Part shown: positions 23,493 through 38,700 of the stretch, piece after piece | Position numbering within the stretch: the stretch's first letter is position 1 | Layout of the letters: every line of letters begins with the position of its first letter | Source: Macrostomum lignano | Taxonomy: Eukaryota | Length of the DNA: 64,000 bases | Assembly (NCBI GenBank): GCA_002269645.1 | Contig: NIVC01000040.1 | Location: 682,001 to 746,000, forward strand | Direction of reading: 5' to 3' | The notes under the pieces: generated by a model | Told to the model about the DNA's origin: nothing | What the model saw: the letters and a program-made list of their open reading frames with translations, nothing else | The model's database searches: none | Made by a program: the position numbers and the translations under genes

Positions 23493-24596
23493 TGTCACAG
23501 AGAGTTCACCACAGAAATTTATCTGCAATCCCAACTCAAAAAGTCGGAATTATTTTTGAGTCATCATGATAACAGCTGAATTAAGGTAGTGATTTTATTT
23601 AAAAATATATTTATCTTTTTTTAATAAGATTAAATAACATTTTTAATCCACCTGTTTGAATTAAATAAAACTCAGCTCAACACTCAACACTCGTAAGCTT
23701 TAGTCTTCTAAAAATCGATGTTGTTTATCGATGCTTTGTGAAGCTACTACAGAAGTGGCTTTTGTTTAACTCTCCTCTCCTCTCTCTCATCACTCCTCTC
23801 TCTCCATTTTATCAGCTATTACCAATTAAGTGGTAAGAAAATTTTTAATCTAGCTTATACGCAGTAGTGGAGCAATCATCCATCAGGGTTAGAAAATTAT
23901 AATGACGAAAGCCCAGTCTCAGCCCAGTTCTAGCCCAGTTCTAAACTCCTTGTCCAGGTAGGTAATTGACGTCAATGTGTTGTGCCTGGATAATTAAGAT
24001 ATTAAGTTACAACAGTTTTCTCGGCAATTTCACAGCTGGATCGGCAGTTAAAATCAGTCTTTGAAAGCCATCTGCACGAGTAATTGCCAGATAATTTTTT
24101 AATTTGTTTAAGACAGATTCTATAGCATAATTGATGAGCAAAAATTGGTTCCGAGTCGCCCCCAAAATTGATCAATTTACTTCTGCTGCATATAAGCTTG
24201 CCGTCCATTGCTAAGAAGCATCTGGCACCTAGCACCAATGGCCCAGCTCGGCTCCTTGTCTATCTTTAAGCCAGCAGCCCATGTACTCAGCAAGTCCCTG
24301 ACTACACTGCTCAACAGGCTTGGCTGCGACTTTGGCGAGAAAACTCTGGTCAATTTGGTGAGCATCTTGCTGATGAATATCGACAGTACAGTTTTGCGGT
24401 GCAAATTTGCCACGCATGTCTCAAGCTCACAGCCAGTTTAACTGCAATTTCAGCCATTCTACGAGAAATCACCGAAAGACCGGTTGAGCATAGTTAAAGC
24501 GCTTAGGAGCACTTCATACTTTGATGTTCTCGAGGACAGCGACCTGGAGAGAATCGCTGACGCCATGAGCGTGCTGCGGGTCGGACTGAGTGAGTT

Positions 24597-25430
24597 GCAG
24601 ACATTCTGCTAGTGCTTGTCATTGCTGACATTCTGCTAGTGTTTGTCATTGCTGACATTCTGCTAGTGTTTGTCATTGCTGACATTCTGCTAGTGTTTGT
24701 CATTGCTGACATTCTGCTAGTGTTTGTGACTGCTGACATTCTGCTAGTGTTTGTGATTGCTGACATTCTGCTAGTGTTTGTCATTGCTGACATTCCGCTA
24801 GTGCTTGTCATTTCTGACATTCTGCTAGTGCTTGTCATTGCTGACATTCTGCTAGTGTTTGTGATTGCTGATATTCTGCTAATGTTTGTGATTGCTGACA
24901 TTCTGCTAGTGTTTGTCATTGCTGACATTCTGCTAGTGTTTGTGATTGCTGACATTCTGCTAGTGTTTGTGATTGCTGACATTCTGCTAGTGTTTGTCAT
25001 TGCTGACATTCCGCTAGTGCTTGTCATTTCTGACATTCTGCTAGTGCTTGTCATTGCTGACATTCTGCTAGTGTTTGTGATTGCTGATATTCTGCTAATG
25101 TTTGTGATTGCTGACATTCTGCTAGTGTTTGTCATTGCTGACATTCTGCTAGTGTTTGTCATTGCTGACATTCTGCTAGTGTTTGTCATTGCTGACATTC
25201 TGCTAGTGCTTGTCATTGCTGACATTCTGCTAGTGCTTGTCATTGCTGACATTCTGCTAGTGTTTGTCATTGCTGACATTCTGCTAGTGTTTGTCATTGC
25301 TGACATTCTGCTAGTGCTTGTCATTGCTGACATTCTGCTAGTGTTTGTCATTGCTGACATTCTGCTAGTGCTTGTCATTGCTGACATTCTGCTAGTGCTT
25401 GTCATTGCTGACATTCTGCTTGTCATTGCA
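24597..25430. repeat. 27-bp minisatellite (~31 copies) with an internal 216-bp higher-order duplication
   Basis: Unit CTGACATTCTGCTAGTGTTTGTCATTG; variant block CATTCCGCTAGTGCTTGTCATTTCTG at 24791 and 25007. Confidence 0.95.
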
Positions 25431-25454
25431 GACAGACCACTAAGTCAGACACTA

Positions 25455-25460
<6 letters not shown>

Positions 25461-25507
<47 letters not shown>

Positions 25508-25508
25508 C

Positions 25509-25555
<47 letters not shown>

Positions 25556-25572
25556 CTAAGACAGACAGACAG
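25461..25572. repeat. (GACA)n microsatellite
   Basis: Direct reading. Confidence 0.97.
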
Positions 25573-26911
25573 GTGCACTGGCATTAGCATTTTATAGCTT
25601 TTGCCGCATTGCCAATGGTTTAACTTTGCATGTGGGTCCCTATTACAAATGCCGCTAAGCGTTCATGTTTGCTCGACAATTTCCAGGAGACCCCATACCA
25701 ACCGATAACCTAATGGTGATTCGCAGCGGCAGTTACCAGGTGAAGACTGAAGTGCCCGACAAAGCCAGTGGCCAGGTGCTGCACCTGTTTAGAGACAGCG
25801 GAGTTGTCGGTTTTGCCGTCAATAAACATCAGCACCTGCAGGCCACGGTGAAGCCGCTGTCTCCAGGCTCCCTGTGGGTGCTGGACTGGACCTTCGTCCT
25901 GCCGGCTGTCCGCCGCAGATGGAGTCAAATTGTTCAAAGCTTGAGCAGGTCGCCAGCCCTGGCGAGTGTCTCCATCGGGCGCCTCGCCGAGCTGGTTGAC
26001 GGCAGCTTCCAGTTGAAACGGTTCGCAGATTGGCAGCCGCTTCTGCTGCCAGGCAGCGACCTTCAGGGTGTGCTCATTGTCATCAACTGAGGCTGGGCCG
26101 CAGTGCTCGACTGCTGGGGAAATGACGTGCACCGGGTTCGAGCTGGCGGATGTCTGATGGCCAAGAAAGCCGACCGGATGACAGCTTCGACGGCTGTTTT
26201 TGTGGTGGCAGCCAACCGCTGCGGCGGTGAAGGAGCTCCCGACCAGCGTCTGCTGACTGCCCTGGTGACGGGCGATGCGGCTGCCCGGCTGCTGCAGGAA
26301 TGCCCTGACATCCCGCAATGGAGCTGCGACGTTTAAACTGAATCACCCGAATCTTACAACTGAAACAGAACATCTGTCGTCTTTCTGTGTCCTGAGTGTT
26401 TTTTGATAGTAGTATATAGACCAGAAACAGAAATCATACAAATATCTGCGTTAAATTTTAAATCAATAGCCTCACAGCCTGTAGATTTCGATGTTAAATT
26501 TTTCCAAGATGCTTCTAGATACTTTTCAACACACAAATATCAATAGCCATGCCAACTCTGCAACTGCTCACTCGACGCTTTCAAGTATCAATACTAAAAT
26601 TACTTTAGCATGTTAGACACAACTTTCAGACAATACTGCTCCAATGTCCTGTTTCAACTAACTATCAATATGCAATGTGTATGAAAGTTTTTTTCTCAGT
26701 TTATGAACAAATCCTAAAAACCTATTAGAACTGCCTGAATATTTATATATAATATAAATCAGTCAGTCAGATAATTTAAAAAATGACATCCATGGCGTCT
26801 GTTGTGCATTTCTTAGCAGTATCAAGTGGATATTAGACTGCGACAAAAACTTCTGCAGGCATTTCTTGAACCTTTACGGTATGAGCGCTAAGGGTTTTTG
26901 ACTCTTCAGCG

Positions 26912-27690
<779 letters not shown>

Positions 27691-27740
27691 GAACCTATAG
27701 GAAAATCAATTTTTGATCACATAACTATTTTGTTAGTATA

Positions 27741-28797
27741 CACCCTTTTCCATTCTATTTTGGCAAACGTGCAATCAAAGTCAAAATATTTTCATTCAAT
27801 TCAGGCAGTTTATGGTAGTTCTTGGCCGGACGTGCATTCAATTCCGACAAATGTGCTTTCAAAAGCGACAATTTTCAAACAAAGCAAACAAGCTACCACG
27901 AGAAACCGACACCTTGAAATCACTTCCGACAGTTGGCTATGAATTGGCTTTTTCTGTCCTCCTATCTATGGCTCATACTGCGAAATTTCCAATCAATTCC
28001 GACAAATTTCAATCTATTTAGACAAGCCATTGGAGTACATACTACATGTACTGTACATTTACAGTATACTTCAAAATGCCGTTGTTCGCTTGATGCCCAT
28101 TGCTCGAGCAAGATGCACAAAATCGTCTCCGTTTGCGTGTGCGTCGATGAGCCTCTGCCGATCGTTGTCACTCACTTTTGCATTCGGCATTACGAGCGTA
28201 TTCTTGAGGTCTTCTTCTGTACAATGCAATTCGATTCAAAAAGCTACAGTAGCTCCTACATGTATGCTTCGTTCTGTCAAATGAAATGGTACCCATACTT
28301 AAATTTCAAATTTTTCTCTTCATGATGTGTCTATGGCATTTAGTCATAGCCCCATCTAACCTCAAGTTGGAAAAAACTTTCGTTTCTGTTCTTTGCAAAA
28401 GTACAGAAGTATATGTGCAAGGCTAAATCTATGGGTGTTCCGAATCTCCAAGTTTCTCTCCATGACGTGTCTATGGCATTTAGCCCTGGCCCCACCCAAA
28501 GTAAAAAGTAGCTTGTCTAAATAGATTGAAATTTGTCGGAGTTGATTGGAAATATCGCAGTATGAGCCATAGATAGGAGGACAGAAAAAGCCAATTCATA
28601 GCCAACTGTCGGAAGTGATTTCAAGGTGTCGATTTCTCGTGGTAGCTCGTTTGCTTTGTTTGAAAATTGTCGCTTTTGAAAGCACATTTGTCGGAATTGA
28701 ATGCACGTCCGGCCAAGAACTACCATAAACTGTCTGAATTGAATGAAAAGATTTTGACTTTGATTGCACGTTTGCCAAAATAGAATGGAAAAAGGTG
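27741..28797 (-). mobile_element. Long-TIR Tc1/mariner-like non-autonomous element with a transposase HTH remnant
   Basis: Arms 27739-28027 and 28511-28799 (289 bp, few mismatches), reading TA|CACC...GGTG|TA. The spacer encodes MPNAKVSDNDRQRLIDAHANGDDFVHLARAMGIKRTTAF* (28190-28071), an HTH-like peptide of the kind found at the N-terminus of Tc1-like transposases. Confidence 0.75.
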
Positions 28798-29399
28798 TAG
28801 TCTATTTATGGAAAAATACCTAATATCGCATAGTCTATGGTAAATGACGTAGTCTACAGTAGAATGACCTAGTAAATAGTCTATGGTAAAATGACCTAGT
28901 ATATAGTCTATAGTAAAATGACCTAGTATAAAAGTCCATTGGAAAAGACCTAATATATATTTGATAGTCAAATTTGGCTAGATATTCAAAAATAAATAAT
29001 GAAGAATGCAGAATTTTCAGAAACAGAGCTAATCAGAAACAATATTGAACGGAACAGTTAAGAATTAGCTGTAGTTTAGAAAATATTGTGCAAATTTGCA
29101 GCTGTATATTGTTCCAATATAGTAAATTACTATTGACAGTCACAATGATATAAAAATCAATCAAAAATGTCAGATTCTTATGGCGCATGCAAGTTGGCTT
29201 TCATTCGCCGAGATAAACCACTTTTTAAGTTTAGTGACACGAAAGGTCGCATGAGAAACTTATAACAAAGCCGAATAAATGGAACGCTAGCTGTTGCGGA
29301 AGTTTAATTATTTACTTTAAGAAGCAATTGCTGCTAAATATTACTGGTATATCTGATGAAATTAAATCTTGCTTTACTAGAGGCAGTGGAATCTACATT

Positions 29400-29680
29400 A
29401 GAGGGTAGAGGTTTTATCGAAGGAAGTGTACATTAGGGGAAGTTTTTATTAGAGAGAGTTTACATAAGGGGGTAGAGGTTTTATTGGAGGGAGTGTACAT
29501 AAGAGGGTAGAGGTTTTATTGGGGGGAGTGTACATAAGGGGGTAGAGGTTTTATTGGAGGGAGTGTACATAAGAGGGTAGAGGTTTTATTGGGGGGAGTG
29601 TACATAAGATGGTAGAGGTTTTATTGGAGAGTGTACATTAGGGGGGTATAAGTTTCATAGGAGGGAATGTATATTTTTAC
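29400..29680. repeat. ~35-bp minisatellite downstream of WASH1
   Basis: Unit like TACATAAGGGGGTAGAGGTTTTATTGGAGGGAGTG (starts at 29461 and 29496). Confidence 0.85.
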
Positions 29681-29796
29681 TGGAGGAAGTGTTACGGGAA
29701 CAAGTTAGGATTAGGACTTGTTCCAAACCGAGATACTGCGCAAAGTTGCTTGGGTCAGTATTTGTCGGGAAAAATCAACCATAGTCCATAATAGCC

Positions 29797-32322
<2,526 letters not shown>

Positions 32323-32444
32323 GTTGCCAGCGGTTCCAATTGCTTTGCTGTGAGCTGTGCGGCTTACTGGCCGGCTGTGCGATACCTGGCTGTAATTGGC
32401 TGTCTCTGGTGAGCAACCCTGACAGTGTGCACTTGACAGGAGGC

Positions 32445-33275
32445 TGGGGATCTGGGTGGCTTAGCGACTAACGATCTGGGTAGCTTAGCAACTAAGCATC
32501 TGGGTAGCTTAGCAACTAAGGATCTGGGTAGCTTAGCAACTGAGGATCTGGGAGGCTGGCCCAGCAACTGAGGATTTGGGAGGCTGGCTCAAAAACTAAG
32601 GATCTGGGTAGCTTAGCAACTGAGGATCTGGGTAGCTTAGCAACTGAGGATCTGGGAGGCTGGCCAAGCAACTGAGGATTTGGGAGGCTGGCTCAAAAAC
32701 TAAGGATCTGGGTAGCTTAGCAACTGAGGATCTGGGTAGCTTAGCAACTAAGGATTTGGGAGGCTGGCACAGCAACTGAGGATCTGGGAGGCTGGCTCAG
32801 CAACTGGGGATCCGGGTAGCTCACCAACTGAGGATCTTGGTAGCTTAGCAACTAAGGATCTGGGTAGCTTAGCAATATACTGAGGATCTGAGAGGCTGGC
32901 CCAGCAACTGAGGATCTTGGGAGACTGGCCCAGCAACTGAGGATTTGGGAGGTTGGCTCAGCAACAGAGGATCTGGAAGGCTGGCCCAGCAACTGAGGAT
33001 CTGGAAGGCTGGCCCAGCAACTGAGGATCTGGGAGGCTGGCCCAGCAACTGAGGATCTGGGAGGCTGGCCCAGCAACTGAGATCTGGGAGGCTGGCCCAG
33101 CAACTGAGAATCTGGGAGGCTGGCCCAGCAACTGACACTCTGGGAGGCTGGCCCAGCAACTGGGAATCTGGGAGGCTGGCCCAGCAACTGAGGATCTGGG
33201 AGGCTGGCCCAGCAACTGAGGATCTGGGTGGCTGGTAGCTCAGCAACTGAGGATCTGGGAGCTCAGCAACTGACA
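32445..33275. repeat. 28-bp minisatellite upstream of the WASH1 ATG
   Basis: Unit AGGCTGGCCCAGCAACTGAGGATCTGGG, the exact reverse complement of the MePCE intron unit, grading into a shorter GGTAGCTTAGCAACTAAGGATCTG variant. Confidence 0.95.
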
Positions 33276-34004
33276 ATCTACAAAAATGGTAAAAATCAAA
33301 ACAAATCAACATTCACACATACAATAATGAAATCTTTATAATTTTTGCACCTACAATGGGACAAGTTTATAATCCAATAAAAAAAGTGTTCTAATGAAGA
33401 TGAACAAGTTCCACCTGATGAGCAGCGTAGCGGGCACAATTGAACACGTAGCGGCAATTAGTCGATCATATAAGTAACATCAGTTTTAATATGTATGGAA
33501 AATGTAGTTGGTACGCAAACAGTTGAACAACGGTTTTTTAAGAATTAATAAAAAGATCAATGCACAGTTCTTGAGACAGACAACGTAATCGCGTGAAAAA
33601 GCACGCCAAGAGGAGATATTACAGATATTAAAAAGCTTGGCTATGACAAATCAAAATCTTTCAATTCATATTTCTAACCAATGTCACCTAAGCAAAAATA
33701 ATTTACTTGTTTGCATAACCTTGACTTCTAACTAAAGTTATAGGAGCGTATGTGTTTTTATTTTTCTTACATAAACCAATAGCTGCCAACGAAGACCGCA
33801 ATAATTAGTTTACAAATAACAAAGCTAAGTCTGTTTTAAGCTAGAAGCCATTATCGATTTGTTTCGCTATTAGTCGTATGATAAAATAAAATAGTAATGG
33901 GCGGCATTATAAAGGCAAAATTGCAAACAGAAAAGATCTGTACAAGATACAAAAAAGCTTTGTTGCTAAGATCTACGAGTAATACGTATTTGTCAGTCTA
34001 AATA

Positions 34005-34995
34005 AGGCCATAGACAATCAAACTGGGAATCCGCCATCTGTAGACCATGTGCTCTTCTCTATGCGGCCTGAGTGACATTGAAATTTGTGGGGCCATAGAC
34101 AATCAAACTGGGAATCCGCCATAGACCCTTCTCTCTTCTCTCTGAGGCCTGAATGACCTTGAAAGCTGTGGGGCCATAGACAATCAAACTGGGAATCCGC
34201 CATAGACCCTTCTCTCTTCTCTCTGAGGCCTGAATGACCTTGAAAGCTGTGGGGCAATAGACAATCAAACTGGGAATCCGCCATAGACCCTTCTCTCTTC
34301 TCTCTGAGGCCTGAATGACCTTGAAAGCTGTGGGGCCATAGATAATCAAACTGGGAATCCGCCATAGACCCTTCTCTCTTCTCTCTGAGGCCTGAATGAC
34401 CTTGAAAGCTGTGGGGCCATAGATAATCAAACTGGGAATCCGCCATAGACCCTTCTCTCTTCTCTCTGAGGCCTGAATGACCTTGAAAGCTGTGGGGCCA
34501 TAGACAATCAAACTGGGAATCCGCCATAGACCCTTCTCTCTTCTCTCTGAGGCCTGAATGACCTTGAAAGCTGTGGGGCCATAGATAATCAAACTGGGAA
34601 TCCGCCATAGACCCTTCTCTCTTCTCTCTGAGGCCTGAATGACCTTGAAAGCTGTGGGGCCATAGATAATCAAACTGGGAATCCGCCATAGACCCTTCTC
34701 TCTTCTCTCTGAGGCCTGAATGACCTTGAAAGCTGTGGGGCCATAGACAATCAAACTGGGAATCCGCCATAGACCCTTCTCTCTTCTCTCTGAGGCCTGA
34801 ATGACCTTGATGGGGCCATAGATAATCAAACTGGGAATCCGCCATAGACCCTTCTCTCCTCTCTATGAGGCCTGAATGAACTTTATGGGGCCATAGACAA
34901 TCAACTGGGAATCCGTCATCTGTAGACCCTGTGCTCTACTCTCTGAGGCCTGAATGACCTTGAAAGCTGTGGGGCCATAGACAATCAAACTGGGG
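34005..34995. repeat. 81-bp minisatellite (~12 copies)
   Basis: Period 81 bp (27 codons) produces ORFs 34018-34845 and 34059-34829; lies between TFCP2 and WASH1. Confidence 0.95.
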
Positions 34996-35719
34996 CCACA
35001 GAGAAGAGCGCGTGGTCTATATCATATTCCTAGTTGGATTGTGTGTATGTGTACGGGTTCAATTTAAACTGACAAATACAACTATTGCTTATTAGATTAG
35101 ATTATTATTACCAGTACGAGTAAGTCCGGGGTTCGATTCCCTCAAGTGTGCAAACACTGAATACTCAATTACACACATGCTGTTGGTTAAAGACATATTT
35201 TCAAACAGGAATGAAGCTGTATAATGGATAGAGAGAATACTGATTGCCTACGGTTACGGGGCTGACGAATCAGGTGCTGAAACTGAAAGTTACAATTGAT
35301 AACAGTTGATTAAAACAAACCCTAGTGAAGCAATAACTTAATTTACAAATAAAAACAATGAAGAACAAGCTAACAAATAAAAAAATATGAAATAGTTTTA
35401 CTACGAATCAAAGAGTGAACGGGTGGTAGATTATAAAGAATTGAAATTGATTTTTGGTAGTTCTACAAAAATTTATGATTAGTTAAAATAATCATACACC
35501 ATTAAGTTGTAGCATGCGCTAAAAATAAAATAGAAAAACAAGAAGTCAACTAAATTAAATAATTTTCTCTATGAACAATTCTAAAAATTGGCTCCATTTT
35601 AACAAAAATCGAAAATTCCTTATTAAAAACATGCAGTATAAATTCATAGTTGAGTTTTTTTCGCAATTTATGTTGAATAGCTGACACTAAGCGTTTAATT
35701 AATTAATTAATATTAATAT

Positions 35720-38700
35720 TTATTCGTCGCAACAGGTCTGATATTCTTTCATCACGATGCGAAATCTGCCAGCGTTGACTGTATCTGGTAGAACGTGCAG
35801 AGTGTACTTGCTCTCGTTCAGCATGTGGCTCACCATCTGTTAGGGCAGGCAGAGGGGGTGGCTATTGTTTGCGAGTGTACACAGGGAGCTGGAGGTGCGG
35901 CAGGGGCCGGAGCGAGTGTACATTGGGAGTGAGGTTGGCGGAAAGGCGGTTGGGGCAGGGACCGGAGCGAGTGTACATTGGGAGTGAGGTTGGCGGAAAG
36001 GCGGTTGGGGCAGGGTCTAGTAGAGCGAGTGTACATTGTGAGTGAGATTGGCGGAAAGGCGGTAGGGGCAGGGGCCGGAGCGAGTGTACATTGTGAGAGT
36101 GAGGTTGACGGAAAGGCGGTTGGGGCAGGGTCTAGTAGAGCGAGTGTACATTGTGAGAGTGAGGTTGACGGAAGGGGTTGGGGCAGGGTCTAGTAGAGCG
36201 AGTGTACATTGTGAGAGTGAGGTTGACGGAAGGGGGTTGGGGCAGGGTCTAGTAGAGCGAGTGTACATTGTGAGTGAGATTGGCGGAAAGGCGGTAGGGG
36301 CAGGGGCCGGAGCGAGTGTACATTGTGAGAGTGAGGTTGACGGAAGGGGGTTGGGGCAGGGTCTAGTAGAGCGAGTGTACATTGTGAGAGTGAGGTTGAC
36401 GGAAGGGGTTGGGGCAGGGTCTAGTAGAGCGAGTGTGCATTGTGAGTGAGATTGGCGGAAAGGCGGTAGGGGCAGGGGCCGGAGCGAGTGTACATTGTGA
36501 GAGTGAGGTTGACGGAAAGGCGGTTGGGGCAGGGTCTAGTAGAGCGAGTGTACATTGTGAGAGTGAGGTTGACGGAAGGGGTTGGGGCAGGGTCTAGTAG
36601 AGCGAGTGTACATTGTGAGTGAGATTGGCGGAAAGGCGGTAGGGGCAGGGGCCGGAGCGAGTGTACATTGTGAGAGTGAGGTTGACGGAAGGGGGTTGGG
36701 GCAGGGTCTAGTAGAGCGAGTGTACATTGTGAGAGTGAGGTTGACGGAAGGGGTTGGGGCAGGGTCTAGTAGAGCGAGTGTGCATTGTGAGTGAGGTTGG
36801 CGGAAAGGCGGTTAGGGCAGGGGCCGGAGCCAGTGTACATTGTGAGTGGGGTTGGTCGGAGGGGCTGGAGCGAGTGCACAATGTAAGCAGGATTAAATGG
36901 TTGCAGCCTTACCTCATCGCTAATGCAGACGGTGATGTCCCCGGGCCCGGACACGAGTATCTGGGTGATTTTGTCGCTGTCAGATTGAAACAGGTTGGTA
37001 ACCTTGGCGAAGAGCTCCGGATAGGTGAGCTGGTTCAGGTACACCGGGTGAAACACTGTAGGAAAAAAATCGAATGGGTTCGAAATAAAATCATCAAGCA
37101 GTTTTTTCTTGGATAAAAAATAGGAATCGTGGCGGAAGGAAGACAGTAAGATAATTTGCTAAGCTCTGCTCTCTATAAAAGCAGATAATAAAAGCCTTAG
37201 ATGAAGAAAGCCTCAGACGCAGGAAGTCACACCTGACTCAAAGGATTGAAACAAAAAATTGTCTCTTTGATCACAAAAAGCGACGCACAAACAATAAACA
37301 GAAAATGCCTGTGCTCAGGTGGCCCTTTTTAGCGCGCAAAAATATTTTCTACTTCGCAAGAATTGACGGACAAGCTACGAAACGTAATAATCCTAAGCGA
37401 AAATCCCTCACAGCGCTTCAGGTCAGAGACCGGGTATGCCTTGACTTGCTTGAAGTGAACGGAACAGGCAAATCTCGAAATCCCACGAGAAAAGATCCGC
37501 CCCACACGTATTCACAATAATACAGATCCGCCCCACACGTATTCACAATAATACAGATCCGCCTCACACGTATTCACAATAATACAGATCCGCCCCACAC
37601 GTATTCACAATAATACAGATCCGCCTCACACGTATTCACAATAATACAGATCCGCCCCACACGTATTCACAATAATACAGATCCGCCCCACACGTATTCA
37701 CAATAATACAGATCCGCCCCACACGTATTCACAATAATACAGATCCGCCTCACACGTATTCACAAAATACAGATCCGCCCCACACGTATTCACAATAATA
37801 CAGATCCGCCCCACACGTATTCACAATAATACAGATCCGCCTCACACGTATTCACAATAATACAGATCCGCCTCACACGTATTCACAATAATACAGATCC
37901 GCCTCACACGTATTCACAATAATACAGATCCGCCTCACACGTATTCACAATAATACAGATCCGCCCCACACGTATTCACAATAATACAGATCCGCCTCAC
38001 ACGTATTCACAATAATACAGATCCGCCCCACACGTATTCACAATAATACAGATCCGCCTCACACGTATTCACAATAATACAGATCCGCCCCACACGTATT
38101 CACAATAATACAGATCCGCCTCACACGTATTCACCGCACGTCAAATCCGCCCCCTCGCATTCACCACAACCCGAAATCCGCCCCCTCGCATTCACCACAA
38201 CCCAAAATCCGCCCCTCGCATTCACCACAACCCCTAAATCCGCCCCCTCGCATTCACCACAACCCCAAATCCGCCCCCTCGCATTCACCACAACCCCAAA
38301 TCCGCCCCCCTCGCATTCACCACAACCCCTAAATCCGCCCCCTCGCATTCACCACAACCCCAAATCCGCCCCCTCGCATTCACCACAACCCCAAATCCGC
38401 CCCCCTCGCATTCACCACAACCCCAAATCCGCCCCCTCGCATTCACCACAACCCAAAATCCGCCCCCTCGCATTCACCACAACCCCAAATCCGCCCCCTC
38501 GCATTCACCACAACCCCAAATCCGCCCCCTCTTATTCACCACACCCCAAATCCGCCCCCTCTTATTCACCACACCCCAAATCCGCCCCTCGCATTTGCCA
38601 CGGTAAAATGGAGTTGCCTACCATTCTCAGTCTCCTGACCAACGTAAAACAGCAGGCGAGCCCTGCAAGGCCGCTGCATGATTGCGTTGCACAATCTGAT

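Larger units (their letters stand above)
24238..26336 (+). pseudogene. Degenerate tandem cNMP-binding-domain gene (PKA-R/PKG-like) with in-frame TGA at 26088-26090; pseudogene or recoded
   Basis: Exons 24238-24357, 24454-24589 (PFYEKSPKDRLSIVKALRSTSYFDVLEDSDLERIADAMS, like the PKG/PKA-R helix before CNB-A) and 25660-26336 (DNLMVIRSGSYQV..ATVKPLSPGSLWVLD; second domain LIVIN*GWAAV). Phases 0/0 and 1/1; the exon-3 acceptor is weak and the exon-1 start is tentative. Confidence 0.6.

Noticed and set aside
24503-25559. 315-aa hydrophobic 'membrane protein' and 307-aa Ser/Thr ORF
   Set aside because: Both are translations of a 27-bp minisatellite lying within a GT-AG intron.
25710-26373. Minus-strand 202-aa and 96-aa ORFs
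   Set aside because: Antisense shadows of the GC-rich cNMP-domain exon; no recognisable motifs.
26337-26900. SECIS element for the in-frame UGA at 26088
   Set aside because: No convincing ATGA..AA..GA stem-loop could be folded by eye; it needs a SECISearch run.
33415-33450. CTGATGAG hammerhead core
   Set aside because: No stem II or GAAA follows.
34090-34990. Hammerhead/retrozyme motif in the 81-bp repeat (CTGAATGA..GAAAG)
   Set aside because: The core does not match CUGANGA spacing and I could not build stems II and III.
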